A stretch of DNA of 36,670 bases from a virus. Lineage: Duplodnaviria > Caudoviricetes. The stretch's first letter is position 1. Each line of letters starts with the position of its first letter. The position numbers and the translations under genes are program-made. The notes under the pieces are model-generated. The model worked only from the letters and a program-made list of their open reading frames with translations. It had not been told where the DNA came from and searched no databases. Below, one piece after another: positions 8,100 to 16,772 of this stretch. The stretch lies in the IMG/VR virus record IMGVR_UViG_3300020045_001519, positions 1 through 36,670 of that record; one strand, given 5' to 3'.

Positions 8100-9059
8100 A
8101 TGAAAAAATTATTATTTATCGCTTTATTAGCAACAATTTCAGTAACAGCTCAAAAACAACACGCCTCAGGAGATGGCGCAACAGCATCAGCTTATTATTC
8201 AACCGCAGTTGGTGACGATGCAAAAGCAACCCAAGACCATACAACCGCAATTGGTAGAGCAGCACAAGCTACCGCATACAAAGCTACTGCTTTAGGAGAT
8301 AACACAAGAGCAATCGCACAAGGTTCAACCGCAATTGGTCGTGATGCACTTACACAAGGTCAATGGTCAACAGCAGTCGGTGAAAGTGCTAAAACTGGAG
8401 CAAATGCAACTGGAGCTATTCAACTTGGAGGAGGTGAGAATTTTGAAGCCTATACCGTTCAATTAGGAAACGGAAGCGGTATGCGTTTAAAAGGAGTTGC
8501 AAATGGTGTAAACGATAAAGACGCAGTTAATGTAAGTCAATTAAACGCTACTAAATTACAAACCGCTCAGGATATTGCAACGGCTAAAACACAAGCTATT
8601 CAATCAGCTAAAACGTACACCGATAGCAAAATTAGAGAGGTAAACGATAAAATAGACCTCAACGCTGAAACTGCTAAACTATACACCGATAAAGAAACAG
8701 AAAGAGCCACAAACGAGGAATTGAAAATAAACAAGCGTATTGATGCTTTAGAGCTTAAAATAGACAATAGATTTAATGCGGTGATGTCATACGTTGGAAA
8801 CGAATTTCAAGCCGTTAATAATCGTATTGAAGGATTAGGAGCGTCAATAGTAGCTTTATCCGCAGCGGCTACTTCAAGCGTGTATAATGCTAACAAACCA
8901 ACTAACTTAAATATTGCAACAGGGGTTTATGGTAAGGCTTCAGCTATTGCAGTAGGTATGTCGCACTTCTTTAATAGTTCAACTAAGGTTTCTGTTAACT
9001 GGTCGCAAGGTAGCAATACTAAAAACGCAGTTGGCTTAGGATTTGGAGTTGCTTTTTAG
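8100..9059 (+). CDS. YadA-like trimeric autotransporter adhesin
   Basis: Signal peptide; about 14-residue STAVG/TTAIG/ATALG head repeats; neck GVANGVNDKDAVNVSQL; coiled-coil stalk; beta-strand anchor ending in Phe. Confidence 0.88.
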   Translation: MKKLLFIALLATISVTAQKQHASGDGATASAYYSTAVGDDAKATQDHTTAIGRAAQATAYKATALGDNTRAIAQGSTAIGRDALTQGQWSTAVGESAKTGANATGAIQLGGGENFEAYTVQLGNGSGMRLKGVANGVNDKDAVNVSQLNATKLQTAQDIATAKTQAIQSAKTYTDSKIREVNDKIDLNAETAKLYTDKETERATNEELKINKRIDALELKIDNRFNAVMSYVGNEFQAVNNRIEGLGASIVALSAAATSSVYNANKPTNLNIATGVYGKASAIAVGMSHFFNSSTKVSVNWSQGSNTKNAVGLGFGVAF

Positions 9060-9174
9060 ATAATATAAACCTATCTCGTGTAACTCGAAACCTGGCAATA
9101 TAATTCAATGCATACGAGGGGGGGTTTTAAAATGGTATAGGCGCAACAACTTCCAATTTCAATAGAACGCAAAT

Positions 9175-9369
9175 GACCGAGTGGCGGAATGGTATACGCA
9201 GTAAAAGAAAGTCACCGAAATAAGGGAGCAGAGAATAATCTTGACAAGTTATTAAACTTACCGCGTGCGTAAGAGTTGAACTTATAGTAGCTGAACTTTA
9301 ATTACAAAAAACAATAGAAATGTTATGTCAAAACAAATTTATTGACAGGTTCGAATCCTGTCTCGGTCA
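9175..9369 (+). ncRNA. tRNA-like RNA with Leu-type D arm, perfect acceptor and T arms, and about 140 nt in place of the anticodon/variable arms
   Basis: GACCGAG (9175-81) pairs with CTCGGTC (9362-68), then discriminator A; D arm TGGCGGAATGGTATACGC; T arm ACAGG-TTCGAAT-CCTGT (9345-61); no encoded CCA. Confidence 0.7.
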
Positions 9370-9374
9370 CTTTT

Positions 9375-9757
9375 AAATGTTCCCTAAATTAAACCCTATG
9401 CAATTTGTATAGTGTTATAATATTAAAACTGAATATCCGACAACAGTAAAAAAAGGTAGGTAAATTAAATTTATAAATAGATGTATACATTAAGAACAAT
9501 TTTTCAAACAGAAATCGAAAGAAATAATTATTTAGGTAATAATTATGAAATTATTAAAAAAGAAAATATTCAAGAGTTTGAACATCATTTTAATGATGTA
9601 TTTAAATGCGTAGAAGAATTAAACGACAAAGAAAATGTTTATGCTTTTATTATTACTCCAAAAATAGGAATACCTCTTTATAAAACAAATAGTTATTATA
9701 TAGTTAATGCAAATGGTAAAACTTATCAAAAATTATAAATATTAAAATGTTCCCTAA
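9375..9757 (+). repeat. 13-bp direct repeats AAATGTTCCCTAA (9375-9387 and 9745-9757) flanking one ORF
   Basis: Read directly; 370 bp apart. Confidence 0.75.
9481..9738 (+). CDS. Hypothetical protein
   Basis: ORF track. Confidence 0.65.
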   Translation: MYTLRTIFQTEIERNNYLGNNYEIIKKENIQEFEHHFNDVFKCVEELNDKENVYAFIITPKIGIPLYKTNSYYIVNANGKTYQKL

Positions 9758-9760
9758 TTT

Positions 9761-9798
9761 AACCGCTTATTAATTTAAGCGGTTTTTTTGTATATTTG
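9761..9798 (+). terminator. Intrinsic terminator followed by the terS promoter (TATATTTG 9791-9798)
   Basis: AACCGCTTA/TAAGCGGTT stem plus T-run. Confidence 0.75.
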
Positions 9799-9815
9799 TA
9801 ATAAATTATAATACA

Positions 9816-10253
9816 ATGGCTTATAAACAAAACGAAATAGACGAAATATTTAATTACGTTTGTAAAGAGATTGAAACAGGTAAGGCTTTGAGAAATGTAT
9901 TAAAGGAGGAACAAATGCCAAGTACCTCAACTTTTTTTCAATGGTTAGAATTATACCCAGACAAAGCGAAACAATACGCGCGCGCGACAGAAGTTCGCTC
10001 AGAGGTAATCTTTGACGATATACTTTCAATTGCAGACCAAAACGCTGGAGATACTTACATAAACGAGTTTGGAGTTGAGGTTATTAATAGCGATGTAATA
10101 CAAAGATCACGTTTAAGAATAGACGCACGAAAGTGGGTACTTTCAAAATTAAACCCTAAAAAGTTTGGAGATAAAGTACAAACTGAACATTCTGGAGAGG
10201 TAACTACAACTGTTATAAACTTAGGAAACGGAATTAAACCAAATGAAAAATAA
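9816..10253 (+). CDS. terS: Terminase small subunit (Sf6 gp1-like)
   Basis: N-terminal HTH (LRNVLKEEQMPSTSTFFQWL), RLRIDARKWVLSKLNPKKFGDK; position before terL. Confidence 0.88.
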   Translation: MAYKQNEIDEIFNYVCKEIETGKALRNVLKEEQMPSTSTFFQWLELYPDKAKQYARATEVRSEVIFDDILSIADQNAGDTYINEFGVEVINSDVIQRSRLRIDARKWVLSKLNPKKFGDKVQTEHSGEVTTTVINLGNGIKPNEK

Positions 10254-10255
10254 AT

Positions 10256-10296
10256 GTAGATAGTGTTTATACCTATCTACTTTTTTAGTATATTTG
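10256..10296 (+). terminator. Terminator-like hairpin plus promoter for the HNH gene
   Basis: GTAGATAG/CTATCTAC plus T6; TATATTTG 10289-10296. Confidence 0.6.
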
Positions 10297-10299
10297 CTT

Positions 10300-10773
10300 A
10301 TGGAAAAGAAAATTTGCAAATACTATTCAGTAGATACATTGGGAAATGTAATTACAGATAATTGGAGAAACACTGGTAAAACAGCTATTTTAAAACACGC
10401 TATAGACAATAAAGGTTATTGTAGAGTTGGTTTGTCAATAGATGGTAAATTAGTCACTAAAAAGGTTCACAGGCTTATTGCAATAGCATTTATACCTAAC
10501 CCAGAAAACAAACCGCAAGTTAATCACATTAACGGAATTAAAACCGATAATAGAGTTGAGAATTTAGAATGGGTTACTCCAAAAGAAAATACTCGTCACG
10601 CAATTAATAATAAAATGTGCGGTTATATAAAATTAGACGAGCAAAAGGTTTTAGAAATAAGAAATTTATATAAAGATGGAAATTATACTCATAAACAACT
10701 TGCTTTAAAGTATGGAGTTATAAGACAAACTATTGGTGATATAATCAATAAAAAAAGGTGGAAACACATATAA
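10300..10773 (+). CDS. Free-standing HNH homing endonuclease with C-terminal HTH, between terS and terL
   Basis: VHRLIAIAFIPNPENKPQVNHINGIKTDNRVENLEWVTPKENTRH; HKQLALKYGVIRQTIGDI; ATG 10300 preferred over TTG 10294. Confidence 0.9.
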   Translation: MEKKICKYYSVDTLGNVITDNWRNTGKTAILKHAIDNKGYCRVGLSIDGKLVTKKVHRLIAIAFIPNPENKPQVNHINGIKTDNRVENLEWVTPKENTRHAINNKMCGYIKLDEQKVLEIRNLYKDGNYTHKQLALKYGVIRQTIGDIINKKRWKHI

Positions 10774-12112
10774 ATGAAATTAATAACTAAACAAGAAAAT
10801 GCAGTCTACTACCTAAAAGATAGCCATACAAAAGAGCTTATCTATGGTGGGGCTGCTCGATAGCCCCCTTGCTTAATTGTGAGGGGGCGAAATTGCAGGA
10901 GGTGGCAAATCGGCACTCGGGGTACTTTGGTTAATTGAACAATGCCAATCTTATCCTGGTACTCGTTGGCTTATGGGTAGGTCAAAGCTAAAATCACTTA
11001 AAGAAACAACTTTAAATACTTTCTTTGAGCAAACTACTGCTTTGGGTATAGCGAGCCAATTTAACTACAACGCACAAGCTGGTGTAATCTATTGGAATAA
11101 TGGGAGCGAAATACTATTAAAGGATTTATATGCGTACCCAGCAGACCCAAACTTTGATAGCTTAGGGTCGTTAGAAATAACAGGAGCGTTTATTGATGAG
11201 TGTAACCAAATTACTTATAAGGCATGGCAAATAGTTAAGTCCCGTATTCGATACAAAATAAAAGAATTAGGAATAATGCCTAAGATGTTAGGAACGTGCA
11301 ACCCTGCTAAAAATTGGGTTTATGCTAACTTTTACCTAAAACAAAAAAACGGTACAATTGAAAGCGACAAACGTTTTATTCAAGCCCTACCAAAAGACAA
11401 CCCGCATTTACCAGCTTCTTATTTAGAGTCGCTTTTAACCTTAGACGAAAATAGCAAACAACGTTTGTACTATGGTAATTGGGAATACGACAACGATCCA
11501 GCTAAATTAATCGATTTTGAAAAGATACAAAACGTTTTTACCAATACCTTTGTAGAAGGTGGCGAAATGTATATTAGTGCGGATATTGCTCGTTTTGGCT
11601 CGGATAAAATGGTTATTTGCGTTTGGAGTGGGTTTAGGGTTGTAGAACTTTATACAATGAATAAATCCAGCATTACAGAAATAGCACAAATTATTCGTGA
11701 CTTTGCTTTTAAATATAAAATACCGATGGCAAATGTTATAGCAGATGAGGATGGAGTAGGAGGTGGTGTTGTCGATATTCTAGGGTGCAAAGGGTTTGTT
11801 AATAATAGTAAGCCTATGTTAGTTGATAATCAAATCGTACAATACCAAAACTTAAAGTCTCAATGTTATTTTAAATTAGCTGAGGTTATCCAAGCCGATC
11901 AAATGTATATCAATTGCAACGATGGAGCTGTAATTGACGAAATAACAAAAGAGCTGGAGCAAGTAAAAAGAGATAAAATTGACAGCGATGGTAAGCTCAC
12001 AATCGTATCAAAAGAAACGGTAAAACAATTTATCGGTAGGTCACCCGATTATAGCGATGCATTAATGATGAGGATGTACTTTTGCTTTAAAATAAGTTTT
12101 TTCACATTTTAA
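10774..12112 (+). CDS. terL: Terminase large subunit, split by a 40-nt insert; joining 10774-10857 to 10898-12112 gives 432 aa
   Basis: 5' ORF MKLITKQENAVYYLKDSHTKELIYGGAA(R*) and 3' frame GGGKSALGVLWL...MGRSK together give Walker A GGAAGGGKS; Walker B AFIDE; TCNP; nuclease SADIARFGSD and RSPDYSDAL. Confidence 0.9.
10858..10897 (+). other. 40-nt non-coding gap in the terL Walker A (candidate translational bypass element)
   Basis: CGA TAG, then 10-bp hairpin GCCCCCTTGC-TTAATT-GTGAGGGGGC, then GAAATT GCA; stops in both relevant frames. Confidence 0.7.
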
Positions 12113-12136
12113 TAAAATATTTAGTAATTTTGTCGT

Positions 12137-13522
12137 ATGAAATACACTTTTGGGAATATACTAGCTAATATGACTAACCGCTTGATGGGTAGTAATAATA
12201 AATTTAATGAGGCTTTTTATCGCTTCTTAGGTAGTGGTTACACCCACTACGATATTAATAATCAAACCTATATCGATAAGGGTTACAACTTAAACCCTGA
12301 TGTATATGCGTGTATTTCACAAATGACTCAAAAAACTTTGGCTGTGCCTTACGAGGTTAAAATGATCAAAGACAAAAAGCAATACAGAAAGCTCCAACAA
12401 CTACAACACGCTACAAAAGGAAATATAAACTACATTCAACAAGTTAAAAAGGTTTTATTAGAATCTAAATCATACGATGAGGTCGATATGCCTTTTCCTT
12501 TAGAGCAACCCAACCCAACGCAAACATGGTCCGATATATGGGCGCTTTATAAAATCTATATGAAAACAACGGGTAACTGTTATTTTTATATTGTAGCTCC
12601 AGAGGATGGAATGAAAAGCGGAGAGCCTGTTTTATTATATGTTTTACCAGCGCATTTAATTCAAATTGTGTTAAAAGGCAATAGTAATATGTTAAGTATT
12701 GAAAGCCCTATTGATTACTATATGTTAATTGAGGGATACCAATACGCAAGATTTGAGGCAAAAGACGTGATCCACGTAAAATATTCAAATCCTAACTTTG
12801 ATTTAGCAGGTTCACATTTATACGGAATGTCGCCTTTGCGTTCGGCATTAAGAAATATCAACTCACAAAATAGCGCAATTGACTTGAATATTAAAACGCT
12901 TCAAAATGGAGGTGCTTTTGGATTTATTCACGGTAAAAGTACACCTTTAGACCCTCAACAAGCTCAATCATTAAAAGATCGTTTAGTTGAAATGGATCGA
13001 AGCCCAGAGCGTTTGAGTCGTATTGCGGGGTCAAGTGGAGATATTGCATTTACTAGAATATCTTTGACAACAGACGAATTAAAACCTTTTGACTATTTAA
13101 AATACGATCAAAAAGCGATTTGCAACGTTTTAAACTGGCCTGATGAGTTATTAAACAACGATGGCAAAACAACGCTAGGAAATACAGATACAACACAAGC
13201 GCGCAAACAAGCGATTACAGACAATATTATACCAGACTTAATACTATTGCAAGATAGTTTAAATAAGCACTTTATACCACGTTTTAAAGGGTACGAAAAA
13301 GCGTGTTTAGAGTTTGATTACGATGACTTGCCTGAAATGCAGGAAGATTTAAACCAAAAGATTGAATGGTTAAGTAAATCACCACTAACACCAAACGAAA
13401 TAAGAACTGCTTTAAAATACGATGTATTAACCGATGATGGTATGGATGTTGTTTGGGTTGATAGTGGCAAACAAAGAATTACAGATGTTTCAATGACGGC
13501 TTTTGATAATGCGAATTTATGA
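12137..13522 (+). CDS. Portal protein (HK97-family)
   Basis: GNCYF, VIHVKYSNP...LYGMSPL, TPNEIRTAL motifs; position after terL. Confidence 0.9.
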   Translation: MKYTFGNILANMTNRLMGSNNKFNEAFYRFLGSGYTHYDINNQTYIDKGYNLNPDVYACISQMTQKTLAVPYEVKMIKDKKQYRKLQQLQHATKGNINYIQQVKKVLLESKSYDEVDMPFPLEQPNPTQTWSDIWALYKIYMKTTGNCYFYIVAPEDGMKSGEPVLLYVLPAHLIQIVLKGNSNMLSIESPIDYYMLIEGYQYARFEAKDVIHVKYSNPNFDLAGSHLYGMSPLRSALRNINSQNSAIDLNIKTLQNGGAFGFIHGKSTPLDPQQAQSLKDRLVEMDRSPERLSRIAGSSGDIAFTRISLTTDELKPFDYLKYDQKAICNVLNWPDELLNNDGKTTLGNTDTTQARKQAITDNIIPDLILLQDSLNKHFIPRFKGYEKACLEFDYDDLPEMQEDLNQKIEWLSKSPLTPNEIRTALKYDVLTDDGMDVVWVDSGKQRITDVSMTAFDNANL

Positions 13523-14283
13523 TAAACTGGGAGCGTTTGCAATATATGTACGAACGAAAAGCGTACCGAATTGTACAAAGGCACATTAAAAAGATATTGA
13601 GCGAAATACCTTTGAATAATGTTTCTTTGAATACGTATAAAATATTGATAGCTTCTAACATTACAGAGGAAAAGATAAAAGAAATGTTTGTTGAGCTTTA
13701 TACCACAATCGGAGCTGATTACGGTAAAAGAATTAAAAGGGAAATTGACAGAGAGGGAAAACAAAAGAATATCTTATTTAGTGAATCGTTTTTACAGGAT
13801 ATACTTTTATTTTTATCAACTGAGGGAGGGGCTAAAATAACCAGCGTACAGGGAACACTTGTTGAGGATATTATAAAAGCAATACAAGAAAAGTTAAAAG
13901 GTAACGAAAGTTTAGTAACTTTGCAAAATGTTATTTATGAATTGGTAAGCAAATCATATACTTTTTATAAGTGGCAAGCGTTGAGAATTGCAAGGACAGA
14001 AACAACAAGCGCATCGAATTTCGCATCATACATAGAGGCTTCAAAAGCACCTTATAAAATGACAAAGGTTTGGATTGCAGCGTTAGACGATAGGACTAGA
14101 CACGATCATAAAATCGAAAACGGTCAAATGGTAGATTTTGAACAACCTTTTACAATGGCAGACGGTAGCTTATTAATGTATCCAGGCGATGTACAAGCTA
14201 AGCCATCACAGGTAATAAATTGCAGATGTACATTAGGTTACAAAGCAAAGAGAGATAAAAACGGAATGATTATTTTTAAATAA
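13519..14283 (+). CDS. Minor head / head morphogenesis protein (Mu gpF / SPP1 gp7-like)
   Basis: RIARTET, KVWIAALDDRTRHDH, INCRC. Confidence 0.85.
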   Translation: MINWERLQYMYERKAYRIVQRHIKKILSEIPLNNVSLNTYKILIASNITEEKIKEMFVELYTTIGADYGKRIKREIDREGKQKNILFSESFLQDILLFLSTEGGAKITSVQGTLVEDIIKAIQEKLKGNESLVTLQNVIYELVSKSYTFYKWQALRIARTETTSASNFASYIEASKAPYKMTKVWIAALDDRTRHDHKIENGQMVDFEQPFTMADGSLLMYPGDVQAKPSQVINCRCTLGYKAKRDKNGMIIFK

Positions 14284-14290
14284 TAATAAT

Positions 14291-14935
14291 ATGGAATTTA
14301 AACAACTATCGTACGATTTAAAGGAATTAGACGAACAAAAGGGAGTTGTAACGGCTTACGCAAATGCTTACAACTTTAAAGATAGTGACGGGGATATTTC
14401 GGCTTATGGTAGCTTTGATAAAACTGTTAGCGAAAACTTTAAACGTATTCGTGTATTAAAAGACCACAATCCAACAATGATGATCGGAGTTCCTTTGGCT
14501 ATTGATACAAAAGATACTTATGGATTGCTTACAACAAGCCAATTTAATATGAATAAGCCTTTAGGTAAGGATATGTTCACCGATGTTAAGTTGATGCACG
14601 AAAGCGGTTTAAATGCTGAGCTTTCTATTGGTTATAAAGTTATGCAACGTGACCAAAAGAACAAATCAATTATCAATGAATATAAATTGATGGAATATTC
14701 ATTTTTGTCTAGTTGGGGCGCAAATGAATTATCAACGGTACAAGGTATTAAAAGCATCAAATCCCATTACGGTATTATGGAGTTAATCGAAAAGGCGTAT
14801 AATTTAGATTATAGCGATGAGCGATTAAGAAATATCGAACAATTATTAAAATCACTTTCAGATGAGCCGTCAGAAACTGACACTTTGAACGAAAAGCCGA
14901 TTATATTAGAAACATTAAAAAACTTTAAATTTTAA
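14291..14935 (+). CDS. HK97-family prohead protease
   Basis: DSDGDI, LKDHN (His), LSIGY (Ser), LMEYS. Confidence 0.88.
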   Translation: MEFKQLSYDLKELDEQKGVVTAYANAYNFKDSDGDISAYGSFDKTVSENFKRIRVLKDHNPTMMIGVPLAIDTKDTYGLLTTSQFNMNKPLGKDMFTDVKLMHESGLNAELSIGYKVMQRDQKNKSIINEYKLMEYSFLSSWGANELSTVQGIKSIKSHYGIMELIEKAYNLDYSDERLRNIEQLLKSLSDEPSETDTLNEKPIILETLKNFKF

Positions 14936-14940
14936 ACAAA

Positions 14941-16089
14941 ATGGAAGCAAACGAAATCAAATCGGCTTTAGAGGGTATCAAAGCTCAAGTCGAAACAAAA
15001 TCAGCTGAGCAATCAGTAGAAGTAAAAGGATTAATTGAGGCTTTAGAGGCTAAAATGGAATCTAAAACAAATGAATCAATCGAGGCATTGAAAGCTGACT
15101 TACAAGCTATTCAAGACCACGCAAACAAATTAGACGTGAAATTACAAGAGAAAAACGTAGAAACTAAATCAGTAGGTTTCTTTGATGCAATGACTAAATC
15201 ATTGACTGACAACTTTGAGCAAATCAAAGAAGTAAGAGCTGGAAAATCAGTACAAGTGAAAGCTGTAGGAGATATGGCTTTAACTACTAACTTAACAGGA
15301 GCGCAACCAAAAGACTACAACTTTGATACTGTAATGGTACCAGGCCAAATGGTTAACGTTGCTGATTTGATTGGTTCTGTAACTATCTATGGAGGTACTT
15401 ATACATTCCCAAGAGAAACAGGTGCTGGTGAGGGTTCTATTGGAGCGCAAACTGAGGGAGCTACTAAAAACCAACGTGACTACGATTTCACAATGGTAGA
15501 CGTGAATACAGACTTTATTGCTGGTTTCACTCGTTACTCTAAGAAAATGGCTAACAACTTACCTTTCTTAACTTCTTTCATTCCTAAGGCTTTAAGAAGA
15601 GATTATTTCATCGCTGAAAATAGTGCATTTAATACTGTTTTAGCTGCTGGAGCAACTGCTTCAACTGAAATCATTACAGGGAAAAACAGAGTTGAAATGT
15701 TGATTAACGAAATCGCTCGTTTGGAAAATGCTAACTATGCACCAAACGGAATCGTTATCCGTCCTTCTGATTTCTACGAAATCATGAAAACTGAAAAATC
15801 AACAGGAGCTGGATACGGATTGCCAGGGATTGTATCTTACGATGGTGGGGTATTGAGAATCAATGGTATTGCTGTTTACAAAGCTACTTGGTTAGCAACA
15901 GGTCGTTACTTTGTTGGTGACTGGTCAAGAGTAAACAAAGTTGTAACTGAAGGTTTATCTTTGGATTTCTCTGAGCAAGAGGGTACAAACTTTGTGAAAA
16001 ACAACATTACTGCAAGAATTGAATCACAAGTTGCTTTGGCAATTGAAGATCCAAACGCTGTAATTTATGGTAACTTCGCTGCTGTATAG
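14941..16089 (+). CDS. Major capsid protein (HK97 fold with N-terminal coiled-coil delta domain)
   Basis: Coiled-coil N-terminus; EGATKN, GDWS, NFVKNNITARIE; position and high-expression codon bias. Confidence 0.92.
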   Translation: MEANEIKSALEGIKAQVETKSAEQSVEVKGLIEALEAKMESKTNESIEALKADLQAIQDHANKLDVKLQEKNVETKSVGFFDAMTKSLTDNFEQIKEVRAGKSVQVKAVGDMALTTNLTGAQPKDYNFDTVMVPGQMVNVADLIGSVTIYGGTYTFPRETGAGEGSIGAQTEGATKNQRDYDFTMVDVNTDFIAGFTRYSKKMANNLPFLTSFIPKALRRDYFIAENSAFNTVLAAGATASTEIITGKNRVEMLINEIARLENANYAPNGIVIRPSDFYEIMKTEKSTGAGYGLPGIVSYDGGVLRINGIAVYKATWLATGRYFVGDWSRVNKVVTEGLSLDFSEQEGTNFVKNNITARIESQVALAIEDPNAVIYGNFAAV

Positions 16090-16110
16090 TAGTGAATTGA
16101 ATTAGTAAAT

Positions 16111-16143
16111 AAAAACCGATGCATTATTGTATCGGTTTTTTTT
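16111..16143 (+). terminator. Intrinsic terminator after the capsid gene (followed by TAACTTTG promoter 16145-16152)
   Basis: AAAAACCGATGC/GTATCGGTTTTT stem and T-run. Confidence 0.8.
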
Positions 16144-16173
16144 ATAACTTTGTCAAAACAAAATACTTAAAAG

Positions 16174-16329
16174 ATGGAAAATTATAAAGTAATAAAATTT
16201 TTGCATAAACTTTCAGAGGGTAAAGACTATGCTATTGGTGATACTATTAAGCTATCAAAAGAAGATGCGGAAGTATTATTGAAAGAGAAATTTGTAGAGG
16301 CTACAAAAGAACCTAAAACCAAAAAATAA
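16174..16329 (+). CDS. Small head-associated hypothetical protein (51 aa)
   Basis: Hand translation MENYKVIKFLHKLSEGKDYAIGDTIKLSKEDAEVLLKEKFVEATKEPKTKK; TAATG coupling. Confidence 0.65.
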   Translation: MENYKVIKFLHKLSEGKDYAIGDTIKLSKEDAEVLLKEKFVEATKEPKTKK

Positions 16330-16772
16330 TGAGTTATTTAGACGTTATAACACTAGAACGAGCAAAGAACTACCTAAGAGTAGACGATTGCTTAATTGAT
16401 GACGATAATGAAATCGTTTCAATGATAAATGCAGCGTGTCGATTTGTGGAAAAACGTACTAACCATATTTTTTACCCACAGGACAAAACGTATAAACAAG
16501 GTTGTCAAGTTAAAGTGTATGACTATCCTATTAACTCAGCTGTTGGCGATCCATTTGTTTGTTATTTTAGCACATTTGTAGTTTATCCAAATGATACAGA
16601 GGTAACATTAAACGTAGGATATGAAAACCCTGAAGATGTGCCAGATGAATTAGTACAGGCGTGTTTACAAATGATTAAAGTATGGTACTACGAAAGCGAA
16701 AAGCAAGTTAATACAACTTTAATCCCTGAATCAGTTTTACAAGCAATTGACGTTAATAGACGATTTATTTAA
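16329..16772 (+). CDS. Head-tail connector (HK97 gp6-like)
   Basis: ITLERAKNYLRVD...DD; VPDELVQACLQMIKVWY. Confidence 0.85.
   Translation: MSYLDVITLERAKNYLRVDDCLIDDDNEIVSMINAACRFVEKRTNHIFYPQDKTYKQGCQVKVYDYPINSAVGDPFVCYFSTFVVYPNDTEVTLNVGYENPEDVPDELVQACLQMIKVWYYESEKQVNTTLIPESVLQAIDVNRRFI

Noticed and set aside
9175-9369. tmRNA, or a canonical or group I intron-containing tRNA-Leu
   Set aside because: No G3-U70 Ala determinant, and a full D stem is present. No 7-nt anticodon loop with U33 in position. The insert is short for a group I intron and I see no core P7 motifs.
10227-10542. 12-nt match AACGGAATTAAA between the terS end and the HNH gene
   Set aside because: Both encode NGIK with common codons; likely coincidence
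10858-10897. terL gap as a group I/II intron, an intein, or TAG recoding
   Set aside because: 40 nt is far too short for a self-splicing intron, and no frame-restoring boundary fits the U|...G rule. The length is not a multiple of 3, so an intein or readthrough fails. TAG is used as a normal stop elsewhere (capsid and adhesin genes). Trans-acting splicing is not formally excluded.
10973-12112. ORF-track 379-aa protein as the complete TerL
   Set aside because: It starts downstream of the Walker A lysine, which is encoded in the same frame at 10898-10912, so it could not be a functional ATPase
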